A stretch of 64,000 nt of DNA from Escherichia coli (GCF_046105845.1 NZ_CP151004.1), one strand, 5' to 3'. Positions 16,330 to 26,679 are shown, counted from the first letter of the stretch. The notes: a model not told the origin generated them from the sequence alone. Numbers and translations: made by a program.

Positions 16330-17406
16330 ATGAAATTGACGCTGAAAAACCTTAGCATGGCGATCATGATGAGTGGAATGATCATGGGAAGCAGTGCAAT
16401 GGCGGCGGACAGCAACGAAAAAATAGTCATCGCCCATCGCGGTGCCAGTGGATATTTGCCGGAGCATACGCTGCCAGCAAAAGCGATGGCGTATGCGCAG
16501 GGAGCGGATTATCTGGAACAAGATTTAGTGATGACGAAGGATGACCATCTGGTTGTTCTGCATGACCATTATCTCGATCGTGTTACTGATGTTGCCGATC
16601 GTTTCCCGGATCGGGCGCGCAAAGACGGTCGTTACTACGCGATAGATTTCACGCTCGATGAAATTAAGTCACTGAAATTTACCGAAGGTTTCGATATTGA
16701 AAATGGTAAGAAAGTACAGACTTATCCGGGGCGTTTCCCGATGGGTAAATCTGACTTCCGGGTACACACTTTCGAGGAAGAGATTGAATTTGTTCAGGGG
16801 TTAAATCACTCTACCGGGAAAAATATCGGTATCTATCCAGAAATTAAAGCGCCGTGGTTCCATCATCAGGAAGGGAAGGATATTGCGGCAAAAACGCTGG
16901 AAGTGCTGAAGAAATATGGTTACAGCGGTAAGGACGACAAAGTTTATTTGCAATGTTTTGATGCCGATGAACTGAAGCGTATTAAGAATGAGCTGGAACC
17001 TAAAATGGGCATGGACCTCAATCTGGTACAGCTGATTGCCTATACCGACTGGAACGAAACTCAGCAGAAACAGCCGGACGGAAGCTGGGTTAATTACAAC
17101 TACGACTGGATGTTTAAGCCGGGGGCCATGAAACAGGTGGCGGAATATGCTGATGGTATTGGTCCGGATTATCATATGTTGATTGAGGAGACATCGCAGC
17201 CAGGTAATATCAAACTCACTGGCATGGTGCAAGATGCTCAGCAGAACAAGCTGGTAGTGCATCCTTATACCGTGCGGTCAGATAAACTGCCTGAATACAC
17301 TACTGATGTGAATCAGTTATATGATGCTCTGTATAACAAAGCGGGTGTAAATGGGCTGTTTACTGATTTCCCTGATAAGGCAGTAAAATTCCTTAATAAA
17401 GAGTAA
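16330..17406 (+). CDS. glpQ: Periplasmic glycerophosphodiester phosphodiesterase
   Basis: ATG at 16330 gives 358 aa with signal peptide; GP-PDE motif HRGASGYLPEHT. Confidence 0.93.
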   Translation: MKLTLKNLSMAIMMSGMIMGSSAMAADSNEKIVIAHRGASGYLPEHTLPAKAMAYAQGADYLEQDLVMTKDDHLVVLHDHYLDRVTDVADRFPDRARKDGRYYAIDFTLDEIKSLKFTEGFDIENGKKVQTYPGRFPMGKSDFRVHTFEEEIEFVQGLNHSTGKNIGIYPEIKAPWFHHQEGKDIAAKTLEVLKKYGYSGKDDKVYLQCFDADELKRIKNELEPKMGMDLNLVQLIAYTDWNETQQKQPDGSWVNYNYDWMFKPGAMKQVAEYADGIGPDYHMLIEETSQPGNIKLTGMVQDAQQNKLVVHPYTVRSDKLPEYTTDVNQLYDALYNKAGVNGLFTDFPDKAVKFLNKE

Positions 17407-17626
17407 TGCTATTGCAGGATGGCGTTCATGCGCCATCCTCTGCTAAAGCGAAATAATGCTACTTCCGGTTGTTCTATTCATTAACCGGTGCATCCTGTTA
17501 AAAAAGATGCCAACATATTTGCATAAAACTCATTCGTTAAGAAAGCTAACACTGGGCATTGTTATTCCTTAAACAGTATGAATTGGGTTCAATAATAAAT
17601 TGTATTGCAGTTTATACTGTAAAGTA

Positions 17627-18697
17627 TTATTCGCATTTCGGGAAAGTAAAGAAAATATTAATGTATCTTATTAATTTATTATATTGTTCTTGAGTGAATG
17701 CTATTTGCACACCTTCAGGATAATATTCACCAGTAATAACCAGTTGTCCATTGCTGTGTTGTACCATTAAACCTTTTTTTTCCTTTGGATCTTCAAACTT
17801 AGAATTATCAAACGTGAAGATGTTATTTTCCTGTTTTGAGTAAGCAAAGAAATCTCGTGTATAGCTGAAACTATCATTTATTAATGGTGCTAACTTTTTG
17901 TCGGCGATATCGATAAGCTCACCACTTAATTTATTGATGTATTTCATTTGGTTCAATTTTTTCTGCGCTTGTACAATTTGCTTGTAGGTATTTTTAATTT
18001 CCTTAGAAGAATTCTTGAATTTATCATAGCGTTCCACGGAGGATGCGTATTTGTACCATTCTGTATTTTTCTCAGAATGTAGTAGCAGGTCTGTATATTT
18101 TTTTTGATCGCTGTAAAGTTGACTTTTAATACTTTCCTCACTGCTGGTTTTATAAGGTTTATCAGAGCTGTTTATTTTTGAAATGTCTTTTTCTGTCGGT
18201 GACTGGACCGTGTTGTGGATATTTTCTTTTATAACATGTTCATTGATGATGTTAATTGCAGTTTCATATTCATTTAAGTTTATTGTTCTTTGTGAAATAA
18301 ACCCTTCTTTGCTTTCGACACTCAAAATACCTTCGTTGTTTTCACCTCGGGTAAAGGTAAGGGTATAGGGTTCATAATCCGCTGCAAATTCATTTTTATA
18401 CGTTATGACATGTTCGACAAAATGTCTTATTGGTACGAAACCATAACTGTGAACGTCAATTTTTTGGGTCTTGATACTATCAATTGCATCTGAGGCTTTC
18501 GTGAAAAAAGCCAATAAATTAGCTATGCTGTCTGCTGAAGTTGATAACCCGTATCTACTTTGAGATATTTTTAGAAACTCATCGCAAAAAAACTCAAGTT
18601 TCGCGGTTTGTTGTGATTCTTTGTAAATTTCTGCTGGTTGCAATTTATTATTTTGTAAAATATTACAGCGAGATAAGTGAATAGATGTATTTGGCAT
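17627..18697 (-). CDS. Hypothetical protein, 356 aa, AT-rich, no recognisable domain
   Basis: Long intact ORF; first ATG at 18697 preceded by AAGGAATCATTT (SD); the track ORF begins at an upstream TTG. Base composition by eye is roughly 30-35% G+C against about 50% in flanking genes. No signal peptide, TM helix or catalytic motif recognised. Confidence 0.6.
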   Translation of the reverse strand: MPNTSIHLSRCNILQNNKLQPAEIYKESQQTAKLEFFCDEFLKISQSRYGLSTSADSIANLLAFFTKASDAIDSIKTQKIDVHSYGFVPIRHFVEHVITYKNEFAADYEPYTLTFTRGENNEGILSVESKEGFISQRTINLNEYETAINIINEHVIKENIHNTVQSPTEKDISKINSSDKPYKTSSEESIKSQLYSDQKKYTDLLLHSEKNTEWYKYASSVERYDKFKNSSKEIKNTYKQIVQAQKKLNQMKYINKLSGELIDIADKKLAPLINDSFSYTRDFFAYSKQENNIFTFDNSKFEDPKEKKGLMVQHSNGQLVITGEYYPEGVQIAFTQEQYNKLIRYINIFFTFPKCE

Positions 18698-19162
18698 AAA
18701 TGATTCCTTGTATTGTGAGTTAACAAGATACAATCTAATCTTTGCAAAATATATTCACTATCAAATTTAGCTCATTTTATTACGAAGACCTTTACGCATG
18801 GTAGAAAGTATCATTATTGTTAATAAATACGGTAATAAGTAACAAACAGATATTGATAACTTCCCTGAAAAGTTACTAGGTATCCCACTTGAAGATTGAG
18901 AATGGCTCCAGAGTAAACTGTGTACTGTTCGCCGGAGTGTCATTACTCTCAACGATCGGTTTTGACAGTGAGTCGGGCGCTTCATACCGGTTTCTACCTG
19001 GAGTCATTGTCACTTCTCCCAACTGGATAAATATATATCGCCAATTCACAAAGTGGGCCAAAATCAGGTGAAAACGAATTATTACGCCTGGTAAAGGCTA
19101 TAGTACAACTAAGTGTGGCGAATCAGGCAGTCTTGCATTTGTCATCAATCTCATGTCTTACA

Positions 19163-20041
19163 TCAAATTTTTCCACTCACCACGAGTTGTTCCGTACACG
19201 TTTGTAGTAAAAACAGTGGACTGCCTTCTACCGGCTTTTCTTTAGCCAGCAACGAAATCTGTCGATAGAAGGTTGGTTCGAGAGGAACGGAACACAATTC
19301 ATCTGCAATGGTTTTCAGCGTTAACTCTGGTAATAAGGCGATGCCTAATCCCTGTCGAATAAAACTGATCGCTGTATCCGGGTGATTAAATTCATATTTT
19401 ATCTGTGGGGTAATATTCTTTTCTTTAAATAGTGCCATAATGCTTAATTCATAGCGTCCTTTACTAATAATTAATGGTTCACCCATTAACTCTTCCACTG
19501 TAATAGTGCTGTTTTTTGCCAGAGCATGGTTGGGCGGTAACACTACGGTGAATTTATCCTGATAAATGGGCACGGAGTACATTCCGCTCACCGGAAAATG
19601 AACAAAACCGGCATCAATGGATTCATTCTGAAGGGAATCAATAATCGCTGTGCTATTTTCCTCAAAAGGAATAATTTTTATATTCGGATGATGAATTTCA
19701 AAGTAGCGAATCACAGCCGGTAAGATACAGGCGCAGACGCTGGGGAAACAACCAAGTCTCAGCGTTCTTTGAGGGTTCTGCTTTTCCTGCTCGGCTATCT
19801 CTTTTACTGCGTTCACTTCCCGATTAATGGCGCGCAGATGATGCATAATGCGGTGACCTGCAGAGGTCAGTTGTATAGCTTTACGGCGATCGCGTAACAG
19901 TATATTCACGCCAAGTTCTTGTTCGAGGGCAGCAATTGCCTGACTTACCGCCGACTGCGTCATGAACAATCGCTTGCTGGCTTCAGTAAAGCCACCGTAA
20001 TCCAGCACGGCGAGTAAAGAATTTATTTGGGTAAGAGTCAT
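19163..20041 (-). CDS. LysR-family transcriptional regulator
   Basis: 292 aa; N-terminal HTH LTQINSLLAVLDYGGFTEASKRLFMTQSAVSQAIAALEQELG; divergent from the adjacent MFS gene. Confidence 0.85.
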   Translation of the reverse strand: MTLTQINSLLAVLDYGGFTEASKRLFMTQSAVSQAIAALEQELGVNILLRDRRKAIQLTSAGHRIMHHLRAINREVNAVKEIAEQEKQNPQRTLRLGCFPSVCACILPAVIRYFEIHHPNIKIIPFEENSTAIIDSLQNESIDAGFVHFPVSGMYSVPIYQDKFTVVLPPNHALAKNSTITVEELMGEPLIISKGRYELSIMALFKEKNITPQIKYEFNHPDTAISFIRQGLGIALLPELTLKTIADELCSVPLEPTFYRQISLLAKEKPVEGSPLFLLQTCTEQLVVSGKI

Positions 20042-20192
20042 TAGAGTTTGCTAATCAATAATATTAAAACGATTAATTTCTCTAATAGCATGCCGCCATT
20101 TATACTTCTGTTCTGCAAAGTACATCACAATTTGACGCAACCGCAGTAACGGGAGTGTTGTCTGCGTGCGTCATCCTGACAGGCGGTAGGGT

Positions 20193-21383
20193 ATGAAAGA
20201 GAAGTTATGGACGAAGGATTTTTGGGCAATAACCATCATCAGCTTTATTATTTTCTTCGTCTTTTATGTTTTACTAACATTGTTGCCAATTTATATCTCT
20301 GACCGCTTGCATGCCTCTCCTGATAAAGCCGGTTTATTGGTGACTTTATTTTTAATTGCCGCCATTGTTATTCGCCCATTTGCCGGGCAATGGGTGGGTA
20401 AATACTCGAATAAAACTATTCTGGTGCTCTCTTCTCTGGCCTTTTTATTGGTCACAGCGTTGTATCCTTTTTGCCACTCAATTGAATCACTGCTTTTTAT
20501 TCGGGTGCTTCATGGTATTACCTTCGGGGTTATCACTACGGTAAAAGGAACGATTTCCGCGCGGCTGATCCCGGCCTCCCGACGTGGGGAGGGCATCAGT
20601 TTTTTCTCTCTGGCAATGGGGCTGGCAATGGTGGTCGGGCCGTGGATTGGCCTGAATATGGCGCGCTGGGAGGCCTTTAATATGGCTTTCTGGTTATGCA
20701 CCGGCGTGGCAGCGGTGGGGATTATTCTGTCGCTGATTATGACAGTGCCGCCGGTTATCAGCCATGCTGATGGTTCAACGCCGAAAATGGGCTTCGCCGC
20801 CATGTTCGATCGCGCGGCGTTGCCATTTGCGATGGTCACCTTTTTTATGACCTTTTCGTATGCCGGGGTTTCTGCTTTTCTGGCGCTTTATGCACGCGAA
20901 CTTAACCTGATGTCGGCAGCCAGTAATTTCCTGCTTTGCTACGCTATCTTCCTGATGATTTGCCGTACCTTTACCGGCAATGTCTGCGACAAAAAAGGAC
21001 CGAAATATGTGGTTTACCCTTGCCTTGTGTTCTTTACGGTAGGACTGGTGGTTCTCGGCTACACCCAGGGAAGCATAATGATGGTTGTTTCTGGCGCATT
21101 GATTGGTATCGGGTATGGTTCCGTGACGCCAGTTTTTCAGACGCAGATTATCAGTTCAGTGGAACCGCATAAAATCGGTGTCGCAAACTCCCTCTTCTTC
21201 AATGCGATGGATGCAGGCCTGGCGCTGGGAGCCTTTGTGATGGGGATGATGGTTGCACATACTGGCTACCGAATGATTTATCTGCTGGGTGCACTATTAG
21301 TGGTGGTGGCTGGTGGAGTCTATGCGCTGCAAATGAAGGGTAAAAGCGGTGTCGCGCTAGTAGTGGCAAAAGAAATTCATTAA
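20193..21383 (+). CDS. MFS transporter (probable LysR-controlled efflux/uptake pump)
   Basis: 396 aa with about 12 hydrophobic segments; divergent from the LysR gene. Confidence 0.8.
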   Translation: MKEKLWTKDFWAITIISFIIFFVFYVLLTLLPIYISDRLHASPDKAGLLVTLFLIAAIVIRPFAGQWVGKYSNKTILVLSSLAFLLVTALYPFCHSIESLLFIRVLHGITFGVITTVKGTISARLIPASRRGEGISFFSLAMGLAMVVGPWIGLNMARWEAFNMAFWLCTGVAAVGIILSLIMTVPPVISHADGSTPKMGFAAMFDRAALPFAMVTFFMTFSYAGVSAFLALYARELNLMSAASNFLLCYAIFLMICRTFTGNVCDKKGPKYVVYPCLVFFTVGLVVLGYTQGSIMMVVSGALIGIGYGSVTPVFQTQIISSVEPHKIGVANSLFFNAMDAGLALGAFVMGMMVAHTGYRMIYLLGALLVVVAGGVYALQMKGKSGVALVVAKEIH

Positions 21384-21463
21384 TACGACACGTTTCATTA
21401 AGATTTTTCGCAGGTAACCACCTATAGTCATTGTCGTTAATAAAAAATGACAGGCGATAGGGT

Positions 21464-22114
21464 ATGGCAGTTTCAGCAAAGCACGACGAATTTAATCACT
21501 GGTGGGCAACAGAGGGCGACTGGGTTGAAGAGCCTAACTATCGCCGTAATGGTATGAGCGGGGTGCAATGCGTCGAGCGCAACGGCAAAAAGCTATATGT
21601 AAAGCGCATGACGCATCATCTGTTTCATTCCGTACGTTATCCGTTCGGCCGACCAACGATTGTCCGTGAGGTTGCGGTAATTAAAGAACTGGAACGGGCC
21701 GGTGTCATCGTGCCGAAGATCGTTTTTGGTGAAGCAGTGAAAATTGAGGGGGAATGGCGCGCGTTGCTGGTGACTGAAGATATGGCGGGGTTCATCAGCA
21801 TTGCTGACTGGTATGCCCAGCATGCAGTAACGCCCTATTCTGACGAAGTACGGCAAGCCATGTTGAAAGCAGTGGCGCTGGCGTTTAAGAAAATGCATAG
21901 CGTTAATCGTCAGCATGGCTGTTGCTATGTTCGCCATATCTATGTGAAAACAGAAGGTAAGGCAGAAGCTGGTTTTCTTGATCTGGAGAAAAGTCGTCGC
22001 CGCTTGCGTCGCGATAAAGCGATTAATCATGACTTCCGCCAGCTGGAAAAATATCTGGAGCCGATCCCTAAAGCGGACTGGGAGCAGGTGAAAGCGTATT
22101 ACTACGCCATGTAA
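21464..22114 (+). CDS. inaA: Kdo/WaaP-like lipopolysaccharide kinase family protein InaA
   Basis: 216 aa matching InaA by sequence and position next to yfaE-nrdBA. Confidence 0.85.
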   Translation: MAVSAKHDEFNHWWATEGDWVEEPNYRRNGMSGVQCVERNGKKLYVKRMTHHLFHSVRYPFGRPTIVREVAVIKELERAGVIVPKIVFGEAVKIEGEWRALLVTEDMAGFISIADWYAQHAVTPYSDEVRQAMLKAVALAFKKMHSVNRQHGCCYVRHIYVKTEGKAEAGFLDLEKSRRRLRRDKAINHDFRQLEKYLEPIPKADWEQVKAYYYAM

Positions 22115-22167
22115 TCGTTGTAGGCCAGATAATACGCGTAAGCGTCGTATCTGGCGCTAGTACCCGA

Positions 22168-22422
22168 TCACAACTCGATTTCAATATCGCCTTTTGCCCG
22201 GCAACAACAGGGCAAAATTTCCCCCGGCTGAATAAAGGCTAACGGTTCGGCAATCCAGTCCACCTGGCCTGCAACAAGGCGCGTGCGACAGGAACCGCAG
22301 TAACCTTCGCGGCACTGGTACTCAACCGCCACATTGTGGGATTCCAGCGCCGCCAGAAGGGAAGGGTGTTCATCCTGGCACAGCAGTTGTGTGCCAGTGA
22401 TGCGCAGGGTAACGCGAGCCAT
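22168..22422 (-). CDS. yfaE: 2Fe-2S ferredoxin YfaE (NrdB diferric-tyrosyl cofactor maintenance)
   Basis: 84 aa; cysteine motif CREGYCGSCR; start overlaps nrdB stop (TGATG). Confidence 0.9.
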   Translation of the reverse strand: MARVTLRITGTQLLCQDEHPSLLAALESHNVAVEYQCREGYCGSCRTRLVAGQVDWIAEPLAFIQPGEILPCCCRAKGDIEIEL

Positions 22423-23552
22423 CAGAGCTGGAAGTTACTCAAATCGTCGGTGTCCACTTCCGAGTCAATCTGCCCGACCAGATAAGAACTGACTTCCACT
22501 TCCTGCGGAGCAACCTGCACGTTATCAGACACCAGCCAGGTATTGATCCACGGGATCGGGTTGGAGCGTGTCTGGAACGGCAGATCCAAACCGACTGCCT
22601 GCATACGGATATTGGTGATGTATTCAACGTACTGGCAGAGAATGTCTTTATTCAGACCAATCATCGAACCGTCACGGAACAGATAATCCGCCCAGTCTTT
22701 CTCTTGCTGTGCCGCCTGGACAAACAGGTCATAGCTCTCCTGCTTACATTCTTCGGCAATTTCCGCCATCTCCGGATCATCCGCACCGCTGCGCAGCAGA
22801 TTCAGCATATGCTGAGTACCGGTCAGGTGCAGGGCTTCGTCGCGGGCAATCAGGCGAATAATTTTGGCGTTACCTTCCATCAGTTCGCGTTCTGCAAAGG
22901 CAAAGGAACAAGCAAAGCTGACGTAGAAGCGGATCGCTTCCAGCGCGTTAACGCTCATCAGGCAGAGATACAGTTTTTTCTTCAGCTCGCGCAGGCTAAC
23001 GGTTACGGTTTTACCGTTAACGGTGTGGGTACCTTCGCCCAGCAGATGCCAGTAGCTGGTCATTTCGATCAGCTCATCGTAATAGCTGGAGATCCCTTCC
23101 GCACGTTTCTGGATCTGCTCGTTGGTGACGATATCATCAAACACAACGGACGGATCGTTAACGATATTACGAATGATATGGGTATAAGAACGAGAGTGAA
23201 TGGTTTCTGAGAACGCCCAGGTTTCGACCCAGGTTTCCAGTTCAGGGATCGAGATCAGCGGCAGCAGTGCCACGTTCGGGCTGCGACCCTGAATGGAGTC
23301 CAGCAACGTCTGATATTTCAGGTTGCTGATAAAGATGTGTTTTTCGTGTTCAGGCAGTGCCTGGTAATCGATACGGTCACGAGAAACGTCAACTTCTTCC
23401 GGACGCCAGAAGAAAGAGAGCTGCTTTTCGATCAGCTTTTCGAAGATGTCATATTTTTGCTGATCGTAGCGAGCCACGTTGACCGGCTGACCAAAGAACA
23501 TCGGTTCTTTCAGCTGATCATTTTTCGTCTGTGAAAAGGTGGTATATGCCAT
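22422..23552 (-). CDS. nrdB: Ribonucleoside-diphosphate reductase 1 beta subunit
   Basis: ATG at 23552 gives 376 aa ([22 protein letters not shown]...); the track ORF extends 5' into the REP region. Confidence 0.95.
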   Translation of the reverse strand: MAYTTFSQTKNDQLKEPMFFGQPVNVARYDQQKYDIFEKLIEKQLSFFWRPEEVDVSRDRIDYQALPEHEKHIFISNLKYQTLLDSIQGRSPNVALLPLISIPELETWVETWAFSETIHSRSYTHIIRNIVNDPSVVFDDIVTNEQIQKRAEGISSYYDELIEMTSYWHLLGEGTHTVNGKTVTVSLRELKKKLYLCLMSVNALEAIRFYVSFACSFAFAERELMEGNAKIIRLIARDEALHLTGTQHMLNLLRSGADDPEMAEIAEECKQESYDLFVQAAQQEKDWADYLFRDGSMIGLNKDILCQYVEYITNIRMQAVGLDLPFQTRSNPIPWINTWLVSDNVQVAPQEVEVSSYLVGQIDSEVDTDDLSNFQL

Positions 23553-23575
23553 GAATGTGTCCTGTTGGGAGTTTA

Positions 23576-23690
23576 ATGCCGGATAAGGCATTTTACGCCG
23601 CATCCTGTGCCTGATGCGACGCTGGCGCGTCTTATCAGGCCTACAAATCCGAGCCGTAGGCCAGATAAGGCGTTCACGCCGCATCCGGCA
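23576..23690. repeat. REP/BIME cluster in the nrdA-nrdB intergenic region
   Basis: Inverted GCCGGATAAGGCxxxxACGCCGCATCCGGC-type units (REP consensus), at least two copies. Confidence 0.75.
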
Positions 23691-23698
23691 TCTCAAAA

Positions 23699-25984
23699 TC
23701 AGATCTTACATGCGCCGCTTTCGCAGCCATCGTCCTGGATTGACGGCACCAGATCGTCTTGTGCGTCTTCAGCACCGTCACGGGTGTTCTGATAATACAG
23801 CGTTTTAACCCCGAATTTGTAGGCGGTGAGCAGGTCTTTCAGCAGTTGCTGCATCGGCACTTTTCCTGACGGGAAGCGTGACGGATCGTAGTTGGTGTTA
23901 GCAGAGATCGACTGATCGATAAATTTCTGCATGATACCCACCAGTTGCAGATAGCCATCGTTACCCGGCATTTCCCACAGCAGTTCATAGGCGTCGTGCA
24001 GATGCTCGTAGTCCGGCACCACCTGGCGCAGAATACCGTCTTTCGACGCTTTGATGCTGACGTAACCACGCGGCGGTTCAATACCGTTAGTGGCGTTAGA
24101 GATCTGCGAAGAGGTCTCGGACGGCATCAGAGCAGAAAGCGTGGAGTTACGCAGGCCGTGCGTTTTGATTGACTCACGCAGTGCTTCCCAGTCGTAATGC
24201 AGCGGCTCATTAGCGATGGCATCCAGATCTTTCTTATAGGTATCGATCGGCAGGATCCCTTTCGCGTAAGTGGTTTCGTTAAACCACGGGCACGCGCCTT
24301 GCTCTTTCGCCAGCTCATTAGAGGCTTTCAGCAGGTAATACTGAATCGCTTCGAAGGTTTTATGCGTCAGGTTGTTGGCGCTGCCGTCGGAGTAGCGTTT
24401 ACCGTGCTTCGCCAGGTAGTAAGCGAAGTTGATCACTCCAATACCCAGCGTACGACGACCCATCGCTCCACGTTTGGCGGCCGGGATCGGGTAATCCTGA
24501 TAGTCCAGCAGCGCGTCGAGTGCGCGTACCGCCAGAATCGCCAGCTCTTCCAGTTCATCAAGGCTGTTAATTGCGCCCAGGTTGAAAGCAGACAACGTAC
24601 ACAGCGCGATTTCACCGTTCTCGTCGTTGACATCATTCAGCGGTTTGGTCGGCAGGGCGATTTCCAGGCACAGGTTAGACTGGCGCACTGGCGCGATGGC
24701 CGGATCAAACGGGCTATGGGTATTGCAGTGGTCAACGTTCTGAATATAGATACGACCGGTAGACGCACGTTCCTGCATCATCAGCGAGAACAGCTCAACG
24801 GCTTTCACACGCTGCTTGCGGATGCTGTCGTCTTTCTCATATTTGGTGTACAGGCGTTCAAACTCTTCCTGATCGGCGAAGAACGCGTCGTACAGCCCCG
24901 GTACGTCGGACGGGCTGAACAGGGTGATATCTTCACCTTTCAGCAGACGGGTATACATCAGTTTGTTGATTTGTACCCCGTAGTCCATATGACGCACGCG
25001 GTTGCCTTCCACCCCACGGTTGTTTTTCAACACCAGCAGGCTTTCCACTTCCAGATGCCACATCGGGTAGAACAGCGTAGCCGCACCGCCACGCACACCG
25101 CCCTGAGAGCAGGATTTCACCGCTGTCTGGAAATGCTTATAGAACGGAATACAACCGGTATGGAACGCTTCGCCACCGCGAATCGGGCTACCCAGCGCAC
25201 GAATACGCCCGGCATTGATGCCGATCCCGGCACGCTGGGAAACGTATTTAACAATCGCGCTGGAGGTGGCGTTAATGGAATCCAGGCTGTCACCGCACTC
25301 GATCAGTACGCAGGAGCTGAACTGACGAGTCGGGGTACGCACGCCGGACATGATTGGCGTCGGCAGCGAAATTTTAAATGTGGAAACCGCGTCGTAAAAA
25401 CGCTTCACGTATTGCAGGCGCGTTTCACGCGGGTAGTTCGAGAACAGGCACGCGGCAACCAGAATATAAAGGAACTGGGCGCTTTCGTAGATTTCGCCGG
25501 TCACACGGTTCTGCACCAGATATTTGCCTTCCAGCTGCTTAACGGCAGCATAAGAGAAGGTCATATCACGGTCGTGATCGATAAACGTGTCCATCTGCTT
25601 GAACTCTTCTTCCGTGTAGTCTTCCAGCAGATGATTATCGTATTTGCCCATCTCGACCATTTTCACCACGTGGTCGTACAGCGCAGGCGGCTCAAACTGG
25701 CCGTAGGCTTTTTTACGCAGGTGGAAGATTGCCAGGCGCGCGGCGAGATACTGATAATCCGGCGCATCACGGGAGATCAGGTCTGCGGCAGCCTTGATAA
25801 TGGTTTCGTGGATGTCAGAGGTCTTGATACCGTCATAAAACTGAATGTGGGAGCGCAGTTCGACCTGGGAAATCGAAACGTTATGCAGTCCTTCTGCCGC
25901 CCAATCCAGAACGCGATGGATTTTGTCGAGATTGATGCGCTCTGTGCTACCGTCGCGCTTTGTCACCAGCAGATTCTGATTCAT
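23699..25984 (-). CDS. nrdA: Ribonucleoside-diphosphate reductase 1 alpha subunit
   Basis: 761 aa; C-terminal redox tail CESGACKI. Confidence 0.96.
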   Translation of the reverse strand: MNQNLLVTKRDGSTERINLDKIHRVLDWAAEGLHNVSISQVELRSHIQFYDGIKTSDIHETIIKAAADLISRDAPDYQYLAARLAIFHLRKKAYGQFEPPALYDHVVKMVEMGKYDNHLLEDYTEEEFKQMDTFIDHDRDMTFSYAAVKQLEGKYLVQNRVTGEIYESAQFLYILVAACLFSNYPRETRLQYVKRFYDAVSTFKISLPTPIMSGVRTPTRQFSSCVLIECGDSLDSINATSSAIVKYVSQRAGIGINAGRIRALGSPIRGGEAFHTGCIPFYKHFQTAVKSCSQGGVRGGAATLFYPMWHLEVESLLVLKNNRGVEGNRVRHMDYGVQINKLMYTRLLKGEDITLFSPSDVPGLYDAFFADQEEFERLYTKYEKDDSIRKQRVKAVELFSLMMQERASTGRIYIQNVDHCNTHSPFDPAIAPVRQSNLCLEIALPTKPLNDVNDENGEIALCTLSAFNLGAINSLDELEELAILAVRALDALLDYQDYPIPAAKRGAMGRRTLGIGVINFAYYLAKHGKRYSDGSANNLTHKTFEAIQYYLLKASNELAKEQGACPWFNETTYAKGILPIDTYKKDLDAIANEPLHYDWEALRESIKTHGLRNSTLSALMPSETSSQISNATNGIEPPRGYVSIKASKDGILRQVVPDYEHLHDAYELLWEMPGNDGYLQLVGIMQKFIDQSISANTNYDPSRFPSGKVPMQQLLKDLLTAYKFGVKTLYYQNTRDGAEDAQDDLVPSIQDDGCESGACKI

Positions 25985-26061
25985 GTATGTCGTACCTGTT
26001 TTTGGAATTCTTTCCGCAATAGTTTCGTGCAGACTACCTGTAGTACGGGAAGCTGCTTAGA

Positions 26062-26108
26062 ACACTATATATAGGGGGTATGTTTGGGATTCACTGCAAG
26101 ATAGTGTG
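26062..26108 (-). promoter_or_regulatory. Two NrdR boxes upstream of nrdA
   Basis: Minus strand reads CCCCCTATATATAGTGT (26062-26078) and CACACTATCTTGCAGTG (26092-26108), matching the NrdR box pair as I recall it. Confidence 0.6.
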
Positions 26109-26137
26109 AAAATGGCCCTCTTGCAAGTGCATAACTT

Positions 26138-26146
26138 TGTGGATAA
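26138..26146 (-). promoter_or_regulatory. DnaA box upstream of nrdA
   Basis: TGTGGATAA on the plus strand is a perfect TTATCCACA on the minus strand. Confidence 0.55.
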
Positions 26147-26679
26147 CTCAGGAAGGAAAAAGTGGCTTTCGCGCACCTTAGGTCAGACAAGGTGTCCGGG
26201 AAAGTCAATGGGAAGAGAAAAATTTGTTAAAAATAACTGTTCGGCGATTTCTTGAACGGAAGAATAGGTTAGATAAATTGATATAGATGGTTTATTAATC
26301 TTTTGGCTAATGATTGCAAAAATTGATCTAAGCACGAATCATCGCATAATCTGATGTATCAGTTCTGGTCAATATATAAGCGAATGTAAGCGATTGTTGA
26401 TATCGAAATGGTTGTTTTCTCTTCGGTTATTGTTAAATGCGAAGCCATTTTGTTAATTTACCTTATATTATAAGAAAATTATTCATTACTTTAATTCAGT
26501 TTAAATATAACTAATATCCCTTAAGGTGATTAACTTGAATTATGACGCACTGATATTATTCATGAAATAATAACAAAATAGCCATTGCACGGGGTTGAAC
26601 AATTTACAAAAGAAAAATAACCCATATCGTATAATGCGATTAAATATGCCGTCTTATAGAAAATGATGGTCAGATTAAT

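Noticed and set aside
17414-17450. Hairpin AGGATGGCG-(loop)-CGCCATCCT downstream of glpQ as a terminator
   Set aside because: Stable stem, but no following T-run, so it cannot be called an intrinsic terminator with confidence. It may be Rho-dependent or REP-like.
18734-19162. Short overlapping ORFs (60-72 aa) between the orphan gene and the LysR gene
   Set aside because: They overlap each other on both strands in AT-rich DNA with no convincing RBS. More likely promoter or spacer sequence, or decayed remnant.
17407-21463. Integrase, IS element or tRNA flanking the variable insert, as expected for a genomic island
   Set aside because: None found. The insert borders are ordinary intergenic DNA, so a classical mobile island is not supported.
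24197-26074. 625-codon ORF on the plus strand, antisense to nrdA
   Set aside because: It lies entirely opposite a highly conserved gene, has no start context, and is the kind of stop-free antisense frame produced by strong codon bias. Not a gene.
26075-26679. Possible small gene or mobile-element remnant in the AT-rich region upstream of yfaL
   Set aside because: No ORF of 60 aa or more, no inverted repeats or transposase fragments seen. Best explained as an AT-rich regulatory leader.
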